A stretch of 64,000 nucleotides of DNA from Botryllus schlosseri (GCA_051294905.1 CM119380.1:14756001-14820000), one strand, 5' to 3'. Positions 1-10,299 are shown, counted from the first letter of the stretch. Notes: generated by a model not told the origin, from the letters alone. Numbers and translations are program-made.

Positions 1-314
1 TTTGAAATAGGCAAGTTATAACTATGTTGTCCGGTCACCATGTCACAAGTAGATTTATGCCACTTGTCATCAAAAGCATCATCTCCAGTAACCCATTTTT
101 CCACAGATACTCCACAGCAGTAACATCTTACTCTATCTTGAAATCCTGTCCAATAGAAACCAGCAGCGGCTAGATAACTCGGTATCACAGGAGTTTCTTT
201 CGGAAAATGTTTGAACGTTGCAAGTCTGTAATGTTCAACCCGGTGATCTCCAGGTGGAATATAAATGCAATTATGTCCAGGAGGATCACAATCTCTTTTC
301 ATCAGAATGCCCAT
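1..314 (-). CDS. iap: BIR-domain inhibitor-of-apoptosis-like protein, 3'-truncated by the window edge
   Basis: Manual translation from ATG at 314: MGILMKRDCDPPGHNCIYIPPGDHRVEHYRLATFKHFPKETPVIPSYLAAAGFYWTGFQDRVRCYCCGVSVEKWVTGDDAFDDKWHKSTCDMV... The motifs RLxTF..FP, LAxAGFY..G..D.V.C..C and W..H..C match a BIR domain. The frame is open to position 1. Confidence 0.9.
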   Translation of the reverse strand, partial: MGILMKRDCDPPGHNCIYIPPGDHRVEHYRLATFKHFPKETPVIPSYLAAAGFYWTGFQDRVRCYCCGVSVEKWVTGDDAFDDKWHKSTCDMVTGQHSYNLPIS

Positions 315-554
315 AGTTTCAATTCGGTCGTTTCTCGGTATAATTGCTTTCGATGGAACAGGCGTTCAATAATACAGATCAAAATGTCTAAATATAACCA
401 TATCAATCCAACATTCTAGTAATAATACATAAACATTCTGTTAAAAAAATATATCATTATATAAGATTTCTCGAGGTTCCAAATTAGCATTGGTTCGATA
501 AATTCCATGGATTAGGTGTGAAGTCATTATTTAATCGTCAATATGTAACAACAG

Positions 555-1214
555 TTAATGGAGATGTATGTCCAAAATATAGGAATTTTCCAGATATTGA
601 TTCATTGACTGGGCTTTCTTATCTACTTTCTTCGAGTATATGTATATATATGCATCCATAACGGAGGTATCAGAACTTAACAACATATAACCTTTTACTC
701 CTAGATTGGTTTGGCTGTGCCAAGTCCATTTGCAATTCGCATCTGTAACATAAGCCAGACTATTTGCACATACCAACAATCTTGTATGGCCCATTACTAC
801 TCCTCGTATCACTTCATATATTACTCGTCTCATACATAGGGGAGGTATTCTTCGGACAACTCCCATCAAGGTTTCCGTAATTATAGTCCATGTATCGTCA
901 TCGGGTCGTATTGTCTGTTTATTCCATACTATGAGTCGTTGTCTTGAGGAATCTTTCACAATGGCAGAATCTTGGGAGTCGTCAGAGTCCGTATTACTAG
1001 AAATTTCATCCTCCGGCGTTTCTCCATGGGGTTTCCTGTCGCCACATGGAAGTTGTCTTTTGTACCAATTATGTTCTTGTTCAAAAAAATTTTTCAACAT
1101 ATCCATCAGCAACTTTAGACATCCAGTATTTTTTCGCACGTCGATTTTATCTAGTTGATTCATCAATTTACAAAAAATAGCAGTATTATGATCCTGTACT
1201 TCAGATAGATACAT
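555..1214 (-). CDS. Hypothetical protein, novel family A copy 1 (219 aa from first ATG)
   Basis: Intact ORF. Shares RRVIYEVIRGVVM and W..QTNLGVKGY with the ORF at 4251-4907. Confidence 0.8.
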   Translation of the reverse strand: MYLSEVQDHNTAIFCKLMNQLDKIDVRKNTGCLKLLMDMLKNFFEQEHNWYKRQLPCGDRKPHGETPEDEISSNTDSDDSQDSAIVKDSSRQRLIVWNKQTIRPDDDTWTIITETLMGVVRRIPPLCMRRVIYEVIRGVVMGHTRLLVCANSLAYVTDANCKWTWHSQTNLGVKGYMLLSSDTSVMDAYIYIYSKKVDKKAQSMNQYLENSYILDIHLH

Positions 1215-1490
1215 TTTATCCCTGCGAATATAACAATAATGTGCAATAACAATAAAAGATCCCAATTCAAGATTTCAATGCATCAAATCTCGCTATTAGA
1301 TATCATATAACATGTAATACATTCACTCACTATGATACAACAGTAATATAATCAACTCATATATGTACTTTAATAGAAACATTTCATAGGTTTTTTAAAC
1401 ATGTAGATTATCATACATGCCTCCATTGTTTTCCTAAAGATTCAAATCACTCATATCTGATGATATTGCACATAGTGACCAACATTGTTT

Positions 1491-2438
1491 TCAATGTTCC
1501 AATGTCCTAAAGTTAGGATCAAGAGCAATTATCTCTAAAAATAGTTGAAACCTTTCCTCCAAGGCCACCCTTCTTTTCCAAAGCCACTCCTGTAAGTAAT
1601 GAGGAATAAGTGATCTTGATACCCCATTCAGCCTTCTAATAGCAGCTTTAAAAAAATTCCAAGACACCTCGATCAATTGTGTATTTATGCCTTCTGGGGT
1701 TACAAATTCGCGATCATGATTAACTATTGAATGTTTATAATTCATTCCCAGGTTTTCCAACTTGCGGTAGCTGGCGAATGAATCAGTCCATATAGTGGAT
1801 CCCTCTTTTACGTGTTTCATAATTATTTCTGATAATACAGAGGTTTTTCTCCCTTCTTCAGGTACCAATTCTGCAAACATTTCTCTCGTTTTCATATCTA
1901 TTCCAGCCAAAACCCAGCGTTGGCGTATTATTCTTCCACGATTAAATTTTCTTTTGGCCACAAACGTTTCATCAATTTGAATTACATGTGATTTACCTTG
2001 TGATATTCCCCCTATTAGGGTACCTCTTCTTTCCATTTCCCCAGAGCATATCTTACGAAGTTTCTTGGTCCAATTCACCATTGTTCTCTTGCTGACGTGT
2101 GCTTCAAAAGCTATTTGTCGTTGAGATACATCTATGGTCCAAAGATAAATCATCATTACAAGTTGGGTGAGTCTTATTTTACTTCCTTCAAATAGCGATC
2201 TTTTCCTTATGGACGTGGTAGTCCTGCACTTTGAAACCGGACACCTCCATCTATATCCATCCATAGTTCTTTTGCATTTTTCTTCTTTCATTTGTTGTCC
2301 ACAATTAAAACATGTTGCCTTTTGAACAAGGAGTTGCCGTGATCGCAGAAACTTTATACATTTTCGTTCACTTGATATTATACCACATCGAGCAAGATTG
2401 AATAGATTTTTTCTTTTTCTGGGTTCTTTAGTCTTCAT
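1491..2438 (-). CDS. Merlin/IS1595(ISXO2)-like DDE transposase 1
   Basis: N-terminal Zn ribbon (CFNC...RWRCP..C), SIRKRSLFE, an HTH-like region, and catalytic motifs IQIDET / WTDSFASY / NTQLIEVSW. Intact 315 aa. Confidence 0.9.
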   Translation of the reverse strand: MKTKEPRKRKNLFNLARCGIISSERKCIKFLRSRQLLVQKATCFNCGQQMKEEKCKRTMDGYRWRCPVSKCRTTTSIRKRSLFEGSKIRLTQLVMMIYLWTIDVSQRQIAFEAHVSKRTMVNWTKKLRKICSGEMERRGTLIGGISQGKSHVIQIDETFVAKRKFNRGRIIRQRWVLAGIDMKTREMFAELVPEEGRKTSVLSEIIMKHVKEGSTIWTDSFASYRKLENLGMNYKHSIVNHDREFVTPEGINTQLIEVSWNFFKAAIRRLNGVSRSLIPHYLQEWLWKRRVALEERFQLFLEIIALDPNFRTLEH

Positions 2439-2506
2439 ATTTATTTAGAACTTTATTGTCTTTTCAAAAGTAGTTTCTGTATATACAAACATTGGAAAGT
2501 TAAATT

Positions 2507-3013
2507 TCATGCAGGTATTTTCAAAACCATAAATTGACAATCGGCTTCTTTTATGGTTATTTCCTGCGTCTTCGCCCACGAGTAGATTTGAGCTTCCGGA
2601 AAGATTATCCACATTATGAGATCTCTTTCAGAGTCTCCTTTTTTTAGAAATTCCCGCATTTCAGGATTTACTCTTTTTAAAATTGTTACCCAGTTTATGC
2701 AGATTTCTGCAAAAGCCATTTGTATAGGTTTTTCAGGGTAAATGCTTCCTGTATAAATTTCTTCCCACTCATCTTCAACCAGATGTTTCCCAGGCCAATG
2801 ATTATTACATGTAGTAAGACCATACTTTTGCTTCCAATATTGCAGCCGTGGATTTAATTCGTCGTACATTATGTCACATAAATGATCCGTTAATGTATAT
2901 GTTGTTAACAGAAACTTCAGCGACTTTAATCCTTTGTCTATTAGTGTTTCTTTTTGGGGTATCCATATCAAATGTTGTATTTCCGGATCATCACAACGCA
3001 ATCCCAAACACAT
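2507..3013 (-). CDS. Hypothetical protein, novel family B copy 1
   Basis: Intact 168 aa ORF. MCLGLRC, NPRLQYWKQ and WIIFPEAQI match MCYGLLC, NPRVQYWQQ and YVLYPEAII in 6286-7146. Confidence 0.8.
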   Translation of the reverse strand: MCLGLRCDDPEIQHLIWIPQKETLIDKGLKSLKFLLTTYTLTDHLCDIMYDELNPRLQYWKQKYGLTTCNNHWPGKHLVEDEWEEIYTGSIYPEKPIQMAFAEICINWVTILKRVNPEMREFLKKGDSERDLIMWIIFPEAQIYSWAKTQEITIKEADCQFMVLKIPA

Positions 3014-3115
3014 TTTGATACTTTATTATGTTATACTATACAAAATATATAAGATCAGTTACCTATTGCCATGTTACAATACTGCACCGAATTTCAATAT
3101 TTATACTTAAGCATT

Positions 3116-4156
3116 TTACATTAGTCTAATAGTAACTAGCCAAACACTAGCGGCAAATGTACATTTTGAATGTATAGTCACGGGATTGGAAAAACTTTTC
3201 ATTACATCATAATATAATCTTGATTGTTTACGAACATAGGGTCTTTTGGTAGACGTTCCATTATTATATCCATTTAATTTTAAAACCTCCAAATATGGCA
3301 ATTTTCTCCGTAGAGAATCACTCAGAAATTGAACATGATTATAACTAAGGTCAATAGTATGTAAATATTTGAACGATGTGTTGGAGGACAGAGAAAAATA
3401 TTGCAAGTTATTATAATACAACGTTAATCTCTCTAAATTACACAAAGATTCAAGTATTGTCATATCAAATTCCACCAGTTTATTTTCATCCAGGTTTAAA
3501 GTTTCCAGTTTACTCAGTCCTTTAAACGCCCCTTCTTCTATAGCGCTTATTGCGTTTCTTGATAAGTCTAGTATTCTTAAACGACGTAAATGAATGAATG
3601 TTCCGTTCTTTAGTTTCTTTATGACATTGTTGTCCAAATATAGTCTTTTTAATTTTTCCATGCCTGCAAATTTTGATCCTTCTATTTCTGCCAGCAAATT
3701 ACTGCTCAAGTACAAACTTTCCAGTTGGTGTAAGCCTGCAAAGCTTTCTTTTTCAATTCGTGTGATGTAGTTTCGTATCAAATTTATCTCCCTAAGCTTT
3801 TCGTTTTTGCAGAAGACTCCTCCTGGTATGGTTTGGATTTTATTCCACCCACAATGCAACACCTCTACGTCTTTATACTTTTCCAATTGTCCTTTGGTTA
3901 TTTCCCGTAGGCAGCTGTCGTTGATGAATATCTTTACTGTGTTCCGGCAAGATTTTGCCAGGTATATCTTGTCAGGATCTGGAATCCTTGTATAACTCGA
4001 ATGATCACACCAAAGTACCAAATTGCTTCCTTGCATGCATTCCGGGTATAACATAGTTCGTCTTTCATTCTTTGTACATTTCTTTTGTTCTATTGTTTCC
4101 GGATAAATAGCATAACACGTGCCCAGCCATAATACTAGTAGTTCCACTCGGTTCAT
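3116..4156 (-). CDS. Signal-peptide leucine-rich-repeat protein (secreted or surface)
   Basis: Hydrophobic N-terminus MNRVELLVLWLGTCYA, a Cys-containing cap, and about 8-9 repeats of LxxLxLxxNxIxxIxxxxF. No canonical LRRCT cap, transmembrane (TM) helix plus tail, or TIR signalling domain. Single ORF. Confidence 0.88.
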   Translation of the reverse strand: MNRVELLVLWLGTCYAIYPETIEQKKCTKNERRTMLYPECMQGSNLVLWCDHSSYTRIPDPDKIYLAKSCRNTVKIFINDSCLREITKGQLEKYKDVEVLHCGWNKIQTIPGGVFCKNEKLREINLIRNYITRIEKESFAGLHQLESLYLSSNLLAEIEGSKFAGMEKLKRLYLDNNVIKKLKNGTFIHLRRLRILDLSRNAISAIEEGAFKGLSKLETLNLDENKLVEFDMTILESLCNLERLTLYYNNLQYFSLSSNTSFKYLHTIDLSYNHVQFLSDSLRRKLPYLEVLKLNGYNNGTSTKRPYVRKQSRLYYDVMKSFSNPVTIHSKCTFAASVWLVTIRLM

Positions 4157-4250
4157 TTTACTTATGAATTAGATAATTCACTTTGTTATTTTACTCCTTT
4201 GAAAAAGGTTTTTTGTAAGTCAAAATCTTATTTACATTCGTTGTCATTAC

Positions 4251-4907
4251 TCATAATTGTTCCGGTATTATAGAGTCAATGTTCACACTTTCCCCTCCGT
4301 AGGGGTAAGGGTGTATTTCTATACGCCTTATCCTTTTTGTTCGCCAATGTATTGAACTTGAATAGCCTTTTATGCCCAAATTATTCTGACAATTCCATTG
4401 TTCCATATGCGGCGGATCTTTACAAATTTCTCTCTCCTGGTACACGTCCTTTGTTATATTAGTGTTTGTAAGTTTCATCACCATTCCTCTAATTAATTCA
4501 TACAACATGACTCTTCTTCCCAAAGAGGTGTATTCCTTTGCTCTTATTTCAAATATCTCATCTACAACATGGTTGAATTGTTCAAGAATTTCTTCGGTTA
4601 ATTCCTCATCTAGGGCTACCTCTTCTAGGCCATTGTCTGTTTGTTTAACCCAATCAACTCGGTCCGTAAGCAATTCCCATATTGTTTCTTTAAACTGGTA
4701 TCTCTCATATTCGCTGTTATATTCTTTAAGATTCAATAGATCCAATTCGTCATATACATCGTACAAAAGACACCAATTTGTTGGATCGTAACCTTCAATA
4801 TAATCAAAATCTAGCATTCTTTTTTTTCCTTTCTGCATCAAAATATACAGATTTTTTTCAAACAAAATAGAAATTTCGCACAATTTACCATTTTCATGTA
4901 TACTCAT
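4251..4907 (-). CDS. Hypothetical protein, novel family A copy 2
   Basis: Intact 218 aa ORF. RRVMLYELIRGMVM and W..QNNLGIKGY are shared with 555-1214. Confidence 0.8.
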   Translation of the reverse strand: MSIHENGKLCEISILFEKNLYILMQKGKKRMLDFDYIEGYDPTNWCLLYDVYDELDLLNLKEYNSEYERYQFKETIWELLTDRVDWVKQTDNGLEEVALDEELTEEILEQFNHVVDEIFEIRAKEYTSLGRRVMLYELIRGMVMKLTNTNITKDVYQEREICKDPPHMEQWNCQNNLGIKGYSSSIHWRTKRIRRIEIHPYPYGGESVNIDSIIPEQL

Positions 4908-5249
4908 ATAAACTCATGTATACTCCATACTCGTTAAGACATTTATCAATTCATTAATCACCCAATACTTATTAGGCAATAAATCTCTCCCCCCCACAAG
5001 GGATTTAATTATTTTGTAATTTTCTATTTTCTGGTTTTTATTTATATACTTTTTTTTCTCATTAAGATTTTATCTCGTATATAGTTTTTATCCTTCGGTT
5101 TAGGTAATAATTTTATCAATTTTTATGATCTATAAACATAATCCGACATTTTATTTTTTTGAAGATTTTTTTAGTGGGGAAAGTTATACAACATATCAAC
5201 TTAAACAATAATAAAAAGTGATATTACTCATCATCCCTGCCTTCCCTTT

Positions 5250-6165
5250 CATAAGAAATTTTTAGACACGAGTATCTTTGAATGACAAAAAATTTTCAAG
5301 GGTCATTAATACAGCGTTGTCCATAACAAGTAATACACCACTATGTCTCATAGGGATTAATAGAAGAAGGGTGCCAAGAGACAGGAATGTGAGTAATCAG
5401 CGAAGTATTACTCTACAAAACTAATACATATTTAAGTATTGGATACAATACTAGAGGTTAAGTCCATTATTGCGCATGTTATGTACAGTACAATAAATAT
5501 TTACATAATCGGAAAATATTATAAAATCAGCAATAACATAAATAGCAGCAAACTGGTATGAGGCTCATACAAAGAGATTTGGCAGAGCGACAATTTTGGG
5601 CAAAATGAAAAATATTAGCTCACGTCAGCCTTTATATAATTTAATTCGATTAGCATTACATTTAAATAGTGAGCACGAGGTGATTTGAGGTAGGATAGGT
5701 AGTCTGGGGCCATTACAGATTATTTTCAACACAAAATTGCAGCCGAAAACACGTACATAACATACAATATTATGGGAAATAGACATCGTACAGTTCCTCA
5801 TAATTTACAATAACAAGTTCCTCTCGAATTTAAAAAGTTTTTGCAATAAAGATAGGTCGATCTTGCATTCAAGTAATCAAGTTCTTATAATCCCCGGGTT
5901 GTTATTCTAGGGGAGGTGGTAGTGGGTACAATCCCAGCGATTGATCAATGTATCGAAATCTTTTAATAAAAAGGGAAACTGTATTAAAATCTGAGTATAT
6001 ATATAGTAAAATACAGGTATATAGTTTTTACTTTTGCTAGTCTCAAGTTTCCACCATAACCGGCTTTTATGCTTTTTCCCGTTAAGTTTGACTTTTGGTA
6101 GTGGTGCCGAATTGATAAGTTGTCCTAAACCACCACCAGTCAGCCCTAAATAATTCAGTTATCAT
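5250..6165 (-). pseudogene. Decayed ORF of unknown family
   Basis: One minus frame runs from about 6000 to 5700 with only sparse stops (IYSDFNTVSLFIKRFRYIDQSLGLYPLPPPLE*QPGDYKNLIT*MQDRPIFIAKTF*IREELVIVNYEELYDVYFP*), with apparent frameshifts on either side. Boundaries are approximate. Confidence 0.3.
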
Positions 6166-6285
6166 GGCTTGTCTAATAGGCTAGCCCTAAAAGTCCAAAT
6201 CAACCTATCCCATAACAAATATTACGTCTCTGACGTGTTTCCGAAGACAATTTCTAAATCAAACTAATAGTAGCTTATTTTCAAA

Positions 6286-7146
6286 TCAGCCCATTTTACC
6301 ACTAAAGGCAGCATGGGGTCCGTCTACACTGGGCCTCCGTAAAACTATCATTCGGGTTGGAGCCTCTAGTCTGTTTGGAAACCTACTGTCTCTACTGGTC
6401 GAAGACTCAATATTAAACAACGATGTAGTTTCCGAATTGGTATTTTTGACTATTTGTTTGTCACCCTCTTTTTTTAGCGAGTTTTCAAAGATTGATTCCG
6501 ACACTTGGTCAACCGGTAGAATAAAAACACCTCCCACATAACCAAACGTACTCGTGGACCCGTATGTAAATCTCCACTGTTCTAGATTTCCCCCAAATAG
6601 GAATTCAAATTCTGCATCCATCCTGCACCTCGTAAAACAAAATGTTTGTATGTTTTTTGCCCCCCGATATTGTTGCAACAGGAGAGCTATGGCGGTTATT
6701 ATCGCTTCCGGATATAACACATAAAGTACTATATGTCCTTTATCTATTTCGGTGTTTTGATCTAGTCCTTTGTGCATACTACAAGCTTCTTTTAAATAGT
6801 CATGGCATAATGTCATAAGTTCCAAAATCTGCCCGGTATTCTTGAAGTACGGTCTTACGTGCCTCATAAGGTAACATTGTTTACATTCACCATTCCCAAC
6901 AGGGTGAAAAAGCTTTCCTATTTTTGTCCAGCCCTCCTTGTTGTACATACATTGTTGCCAATATTGCACCCTTGGATTGTCCCGCTCACAAGTGCCGAAC
7001 AAGAGGCTCATCAAACGATCCCGAACCGGCGCAGTTTTTATGGTTTCCATTACCATCTGCTGCCTTTGAGTAAGAGTGAACTGCATTGCCCACTCGTAGA
7101 CAACCTTGTGATCCGTATTAGGGTTGCACAATAGCCCGTAGCACAT
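6286..7146 (-). CDS. Hypothetical protein, novel family B copy 2
   Basis: Intact 286 aa ORF with ATG at 7146 and TATAAATA about 25-30 nt upstream. Paralogous to 2507-3013 with a longer C-terminus. Confidence 0.8.
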   Translation of the reverse strand: MCYGLLCNPNTDHKVVYEWAMQFTLTQRQQMVMETIKTAPVRDRLMSLLFGTCERDNPRVQYWQQCMYNKEGWTKIGKLFHPVGNGECKQCYLMRHVRPYFKNTGQILELMTLCHDYLKEACSMHKGLDQNTEIDKGHIVLYVLYPEAIITAIALLLQQYRGAKNIQTFCFTRCRMDAEFEFLFGGNLEQWRFTYGSTSTFGYVGGVFILPVDQVSESIFENSLKKEGDKQIVKNTNSETTSLFNIESSTSRDSRFPNRLEAPTRMIVLRRPSVDGPHAAFSGKMG

Positions 7147-7329
7147 TCCTTTCTTTAACTAGTTCACTATTTATAATCTTAATACAAGATAATTCCTCGT
7201 CATTCATAATACACTTTAGGCACAAGTTAATAACCTAACTTTTATTCACCATAAATTCAGTCCATATAATTGATAATATTCACATCATTCCACTGAATAT
7301 TTTAGTTAAAACGTTTTATTGTAATTTCA

Positions 7330-7848
7330 TTATTCGTTAACGTGATGCGATGTTGTAGGTTGAGGCTGATTAAAGGATGATTGTTGCGAAAACATTATAC
7401 TACCAAAAGATGCATAAGTTCCATTTGTCGTGACATTGTTATTAGGCGGTGCATCATTGTTTGTAGTAGATGATGTCAGAGAGGACGTCAAGGGAGTATT
7501 ACTTGTCGATGTCGAAGAGCTTGCTCTTATCTCTGTGTTCCGATTCTGTTTGTTTGAGGCAGTTTTTATTAGCAAATATGGTTTTACTTTTGCTACCTTG
7601 CGATTTCGCAAGTGTTTTCTACGATAGTCATTTCGCCATGGCCATTCTTTGACCTTTTCATTACTCGCTCCCATTCCTTCGAAGAAGATTTCTGCATAAC
7701 GTCTAGTTCCATTTTTAATGTCCTCGAAAAAATCATTCCATCGTTGTAATCTTTCTGTCTTTTTCACCCCCCGAAGTTCCTCATACCATAGTTCAATATT
7801 TTCAATAGATAGCTCCCATAATTGTTCTTTAGTTATTGAGGCAGACAT
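7330..7848 (-). CDS. Hypothetical protein with Trp-rich N-half and Ser/Thr/Asn low-complexity tail
   Basis: Intact 172 aa ATG ORF, co-oriented with its neighbours. No family recognised. Confidence 0.65.
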   Translation of the reverse strand: MSASITKEQLWELSIENIELWYEELRGVKKTERLQRWNDFFEDIKNGTRRYAEIFFEGMGASNEKVKEWPWRNDYRRKHLRNRKVAKVKPYLLIKTASNKQNRNTEIRASSSTSTSNTPLTSSLTSSTTNNDAPPNNNVTTNGTYASFGSIMFSQQSSFNQPQPTTSHHVNE

Positions 7849-8868
7849 TCTTTAATTTACTGCACCGCGTTATTTTTACACCTTAAAAAATAATAATGTT
7901 TCTTTCAGCCGAGCTTATCGTATGATATCGTTAATGATATTTCAAACACTGAATTTTGTTAACTCTTTATTAATCCTATTTGGGGTTAATTATTTCTTTA
8001 CTGGATAAGGAAAAGTGTAATCTCTGGCCACTTGAGATGTGATGTCTAAAATATCTATTCCGACGTTTTGGCAGAGGCGTCAGCCTGTCACATAATGGTA
8101 TATTTTTATACATTACAATAAATCAGAGTAGTTTGCTCCAGATTCATCAAAAGTAAAATTCTCTACAAGCTCAACGCGACACTTTGTCCCTCGATTCCTT
8201 GTTTTTAATATTGCTGCCCCTTTTTTTTTTTATCATGAAAAACAGCCAATTTACTTAGATTGAGTCTAACTATACTCGCAATTTCGGGACAAAGTGCCGT
8301 TGAACATGTGTGACCTTACATTTGCGTTTGCAGTAGATACTGCTTACTATGAAACCTATGCACGTAGAGATTGACGCATGTTGGTCTCAGCTACTTGCGT
8401 TATCCATATGTCCATGCGCTGAATAGCCTATTCCTCATAGACTTAGCCCAGCGATATGCGGTAAGCCCGCAACAGGGCCTAGTTACAATATCCTTGGCCT
8501 ATGAATTTCTAAAGTTTTTTCGCGTTTCACGAGGTAGTGGCCTGTACAGTATTTCGTTAATCGAATGTGTCCCTTAGGCTGAAAAAGGTTAACCAGCCTT
8601 GACTAAACCAAACCTTTATTTTGTATCACCTACCAACCTAATTGTTCTCTCTTTCTTAAAGTCTGCTGAATAACCTATTATTATTCCATGGCTACACAAG
8701 AATTCTTTTTTTCAAACGAAAACACATTCGTCCACAATATGTAATTGTTTCACTATGAAGCACAGAACACATAACATATCTTGTAACAGTCGCAACATTG
8801 TCAATGCTCATTTTAAGATTTTGCTGATCACACCAATTTGTACATTTTAATCATATAACTTTCCGATT

Positions 8869-9390
8869 CTACTCGTTACACCGGGGGCGCCAAAATATTC
8901 TATCAAGGCGTCTGAGAGTGGCCTCGTCAAGAGGTGGTAACTGTTCATGATCTGAGGATAGATCGGAATCGCTACTATCAACTCCAGAGTCAGTGTCGGG
9001 TAGAGTATTCAGACTCTCATCCGAGTCTGTAAAATCACCGGACTCGGAATTCGGATAAGGTCCCGATTCATGATCTGAGTAAAAATAGGATTCCATATCA
9101 TCATGTCCAGACTCAGTATCCGACGAGATACTTAAACTATCATCCGAGTCGGTTAGATCTAATTCCGAATCGGTACTATCTCCCCAAATCGAAGGATTTC
9201 TTTCAAAATAGCTTTCCAATGTGGCCTCGTCAATTTGTTGATCATTTTCCTCATTTTCATCTGCTTCAGGCGATGTTTGGCATGATTTGAGAATTTCATC
9301 TATATTTTTTAATACCACAATCCACCTCCCGGTCCAGATTTGTTCATCCAGAACAGAGGGCTCCATGGCCTCAGCACTTGTCATGGCCAC
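8869..9390 (-). CDS. Acidic Ser/Asp-rich protein with internal duplication
   Basis: 173 aa ATG ORF with repeats TDSDDSLSISSDTESG / TDSDESLNTLPDTDSG and IDEATL / LDEATL. TATA-like sequence lies upstream at about 9430. Confidence 0.65.
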   Translation of the reverse strand: MAMTSAEAMEPSVLDEQIWTGRWIVVLKNIDEILKSCQTSPEADENEENDQQIDEATLESYFERNPSIWGDSTDSELDLTDSDDSLSISSDTESGHDDMESYFYSDHESGPYPNSESGDFTDSDESLNTLPDTDSGVDSSDSDLSSDHEQLPPLDEATLRRLDRIFWRPRCNE

Positions 9391-9777
9391 AATTGTACCA
9401 ACAAAGAGATGTATTGTAGTTGCTGAGCCCTATATATACCAAGTCTGTGGAAATGTAATAGGTCTATGTGTCATAAATTTTCCAAGTATACCACAGGAAG
9501 TTTTTATTTTTCTTCGTGAGTTAGCACCACAGTACGCAGTGATTATGATACTCGCCTTATTTTGATTCATCACTCTTTTTTTACATATGTCTCACCAGAA
9601 TATAACCATGATACCCATCATCCTAAACTCAATCTCGATGTTCATCTTTATTGCTACATTATCCGTATTTGCGCCATGAGACCACGCTCAAAGCGAAAAC
9701 TTTCTATCAATTATAATTAGGTGACTTAAAATTGTAGGTGATTGTACAAATTTTTTGTCCTGTTTCTTCATCTAGTA

Positions 9778-10170
9778 CAGAGGTCTCAAACTCAAACGTG
9801 CTTGCGGGCCATTTTTCTAGATTAGACGACGCCGCGGGCCGCAGCATTTATAGAGGTATTCTATGTCTTTCCAAGTAGGCCTTATTTTGGCGGGAATGAA
9901 TTTTTCTATTGAGAGTGAGTCGATCCAGCAGACTGACAGTAACCACACATCGCCAAAATATGATTTAGATTTGTATAAATTTTGGCCTGGCACGAAAAAA
10001 ATCATCATATTTATAACTATTTAAAGAGAATTGTTGTTGTACTTGATATAAATTAACTATAAGATATAGACACCATATGAACGGACAAACGTATGATGCC
10101 ATCATAAAAGTTATCACATTATAATTTTCAGCTACTATGAATATTTTGAATCCAACAGACCGATAATAGA
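9778..10170 (+). mobile_element. hAT-type MITE fragment (CAGAGGTCTCAAACTC end)
   Basis: Alignable over about 350 bp with the copy starting at 63539. The second TIR was not found. Confidence 0.7.
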
Positions 10171-10299
10171 GTCTGATCTGATTATTGTAATTCCTATCAC
10201 GATTCGGGTATACTTATGAGAAGTAGGCTATTAATCTCATGGCCAAATATCTTCAAATATAGGAGCAGAAAAAAATATAAATATAATATAAATAAACAA

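Larger units (their letters stand above)
1..9390 (-). mobile_element. Virus-like gene block 1 (putative endogenous large DNA virus or virus-like transposon; left end outside window)
   Basis: Nine co-oriented, apparently intronless ORFs. The first six are separated by only about 70-280 bp, with TATA- and AATAAA-like intergenic motifs. Cargo includes an IAP, an LRR protein, paralog pairs and a transposase. Viral origin is inferred; no core viral gene is visible. Confidence 0.6.

Noticed and set aside
1491-2438. Bacterial IS1595 insertion or bacterial contamination
   Set aside because: No TIRs or Shine-Dalgarno pattern. The neighbours are eukaryote-type (BIR, signal peptides, mucin, AATAAA) and the window contains spliceosomal introns and LTR elements.
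8172-8303. Inverted repeat cactttgtccc / gggacaaagtg as a possible element terminus
   Set aside because: It spans only about 130 bp and is not repeated near either transposase; probably a tiny MITE remnant.
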